In this document: positions 61,400 through 64,000 of the stretch, in pieces
How positions within the stretch are numbered: the stretch's first letter is position 1
How the letters are laid out: each line of letters begins with the position of its first letter
NCBI RefSeq assembly: GCF_009914755.1
Contig: NC_060928.1
DNA: 64,000 nt
Strand: one strand, 5' to 3'
Source: the human T2T-CHM13v2.0 reference genome, Homo sapiens
Translations under genes and position numbers: made by a program
The notes under the pieces: generated by a model
What the model was told of the DNA's origin: nothing
Seen by the model: only the letters and a program-made list of their open reading frames with translations
Database searches by the model: none

Positions 61400-61580
61400 T
61401 AGGTAATCCTCTTCTGTGTTTCACCAATATCCCAGGCTTATGTCTGTTTTGTCACTTATCATCCTTTATTGTAAATGTTTCCTTATATGGCCCCTCTAGA
61501 TTAAAGGCACTTTGAAGGTAAGCACTGTGTTTCCTCAGAGCATTTCAGGGGTACAATAAATGTTTGGTGAAAGTATTTAT
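61400..61580 (+). mobile_element. L2 3' fragment
   Basis: CCCCTCTAGATTAAAGGCACTTTGAAGG...CAATAAATGTTTGGTGAA. Confidence 0.55.
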
Positions 61581-64000
61581 GATCTACAACATGCTAGTTT
61601 TGTGGGGCTGAGTATGTAAAGGTAGTGAACAACACATGGTAGCACATTAGCTATTAAGTGTCAAGGAAGACATAAATATTGACAAACCAGTGAGACCAAG
61701 TAAAACCAAACACTTCAAGCTGGTTACAAGTTTCAGGAGCAGTCTCACAACAGCAGTAGCCTTTCCAGAGATCAATTACAGATACTAATCCAAGGACAAA
61801 TTTGGTTCCAATCCAAGGGAAAGTGCCTAGCACTTAAAAAATAGGCTCAAAATAAAGGTTACTTTAATGAACGCTTACTGGACAAATGAAATAAGCTGAT
61901 CTTAGATGGTTTTGGGGGAACCACCTCAGATTGCAGTCACTGTTGAAGCATAGCATTCTAAAATGAAGAACAATATATAAAATGGCTATTATTCACATGA
62001 AATAATAAGTTTATTAAAAACAACAATCACTCAGAAGGGTGGCTGCTTACTGTAGCAGGCATACCAATAGTGTCTGTCTATTGAACCACCATATCCCCAA
62101 AACCAAGTATAGCACTGATGCAGGGTAGGTGCAGAGTCAGGTTTTGTAGTAGGACTCAAAGAATCTGAAAATGTTTTCAGTTTCCTTCACTAAGCTTTTT
62201 CCATGTGATTGGAATGAAACTATATCCAGGCTTCCAGAACAATCACTAGGTTAATTCCATGAGTAGGGCAGTATCAGACCTGGACCACAGGATTGTCGTT
62301 GACACATTCTGATCACAGTCCTGTCTGAATATTCATTCTAATGACAACCTAATATTACCCCTTCTATAATCATACCTTGGTTTGGGAATCTAAGAGATCT
62401 CTGATTTCCAATAGGCAAAAGCAGATTTTACACCTCTTAAAAGTGACCCTATTTCCAAAGGGCTACATGCAATCCTCAGACCAGTAAAGAAAGGGTTAGA
62501 GATAGCACTTCAGTGTCTGATTCTAGGCATCCAGGCCTGACATGTCTGACACTGTGAAGCCCAGTGCCACCTCAGGGCCTTCCCCAGTCCTTCTCCCAGA
62601 ATCAGATACGTGTAAAGCAGGATGTCCCTGAAGGGAGATATTTTAAATGATAATTGCATTTTATTTAAGTATCTTTTAATCTTTCATTGGGGATAAAAGC
62701 TGAAAAATCACCACATGCTCATCATTGTTTTAAGCCATTTTGAACAATCAAAGATTCTTTTTGGCTTTAATTGCCAGGCCACTGAGGAGCCTCATTCATT
62801 TCTCTCTGCAGCACCTAGTCTCTACAAAAACGAATGTTTTGCCATCATTCAGAGCTGTTGCAATGGTTAATAATCATAAAAACTGAACATGCTCACTTAA
62901 TCCCCAAATCCATTATAATTTTATTGTGCCAAATTCTAGTTCTATGTAATGCTCTCAAAATTTCCCCTGAGGATTGTATAAAATAAGAATCAAGTCTGAT
63001 ACTCTGTCTCAAACACAGGAACTTTCATCTAAGGATTTCAAAGCATTTTATAACTGAGGTTAAGTGAGTTACTGAAGACTACCCAACAAATCAGCAGATT
63101 AGGCCCAAATTACCTAACTCTAAATTCTACCATTTTTTTAAAGCATAATACTCTGAGACTTGATATGTCAGTGCTAGAGGAACTGTATGCTGTACTCATA
63201 GGTCAGATATTTGTTCTTATCCATTCTTATTAAAAGAATGACCACATACAATCTAACCTCTCCACCAGAAGTAAACAAATATTTTTTTCTTTTAGGAAAA
63301 AAAAGCAACAGGATTAGTTTAAACCTACTGCATAGCAAATACCATCTCAAACAAAATTGACAGGAACATGTTAAAGTAGAAAAATAAATTCTTTACTTGA
63401 AATCAGATCTAAGTAGACTTGTTTCCTTTCATACTGAGAAAGTTGCTATACTTGAGTTCATTGATACTCATAAGTAGGGCTGTCTGGTCCTCTCAGTTTG
63501 ATATACAGCTAGCTTGATAGCTGCCTTGACATAAAGCTAAACGATTTAATTTTAAATTGCTATCAATAAAACTTGGAGCAAGGTATTAGACATGAAATTT
63601 CACTCATTACATATAATTTTCTCCAAAATAATAACTTGTAGCATGAATTATATTTCCTCTTTGAAAACGCAAAGTTGTCACTAATCCAGATGGGTAACTC
63701 TTCCAGATTTTAGATTGCAGTTTTTAAAACTTATTTTCTAACAGAGTAATATAGAGCCAGCTGGTTCCAAAGAGCTGGATCATCTGGTAAAACATGTATT
63801 TAAAAGAATAGATTGCAACTCTGAACATCTTGGACAAAAAATAAAATGAAAAACTATTCTGTCCATCCCTGGGATTTGAGCTTTCAAATCAACCTATCCA
63901 AAAGGAATTCAGTACATGTATCAATCAAAATGTCAAGACAAAATTATAACAAAAGGCAAGACAACCCTAGAATAAGATGAATGCTCACAATTTCTAAGCC

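Overview
AT-rich, CpG-depleted primate (human-like) intronic or intergenic DNA dominated by interspersed repeats: Alu (FLAM, J, S, Y), L1 (L1PA, L1PB, L1MA-ME), L2, MIR, CR1/L3, MaLR LTRs (MLT1, MST, THE1), ERV LTRs (LTR16, LTR9, MER21 plus internal, MER66, LTR12C) and a ~2.8 kb hAT-Tip100 (Zaphod-like) transposase fossil. I found no supportable protein-coding gene, RNA gene, CRISPR array or prokaryotic system; the supplied ORFs are mostly repeat-derived or chance ORFs. Subfamily names come from recalled consensus sequences, not from a search. The most notable items are: (1) an unidentified poly(A)-tailed, mRNA-like retrocopy or L1 3' transduction at ~46.0-47.0 kb; (2) several short local templated duplications 1.2-1.6 kb apart; (3) a solo LTR12C with a 160-bp higher-order expansion of its CCAAT array; (4) candidate exons on both strands. 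I cannot support a genuinely new biological system from sequence alone.
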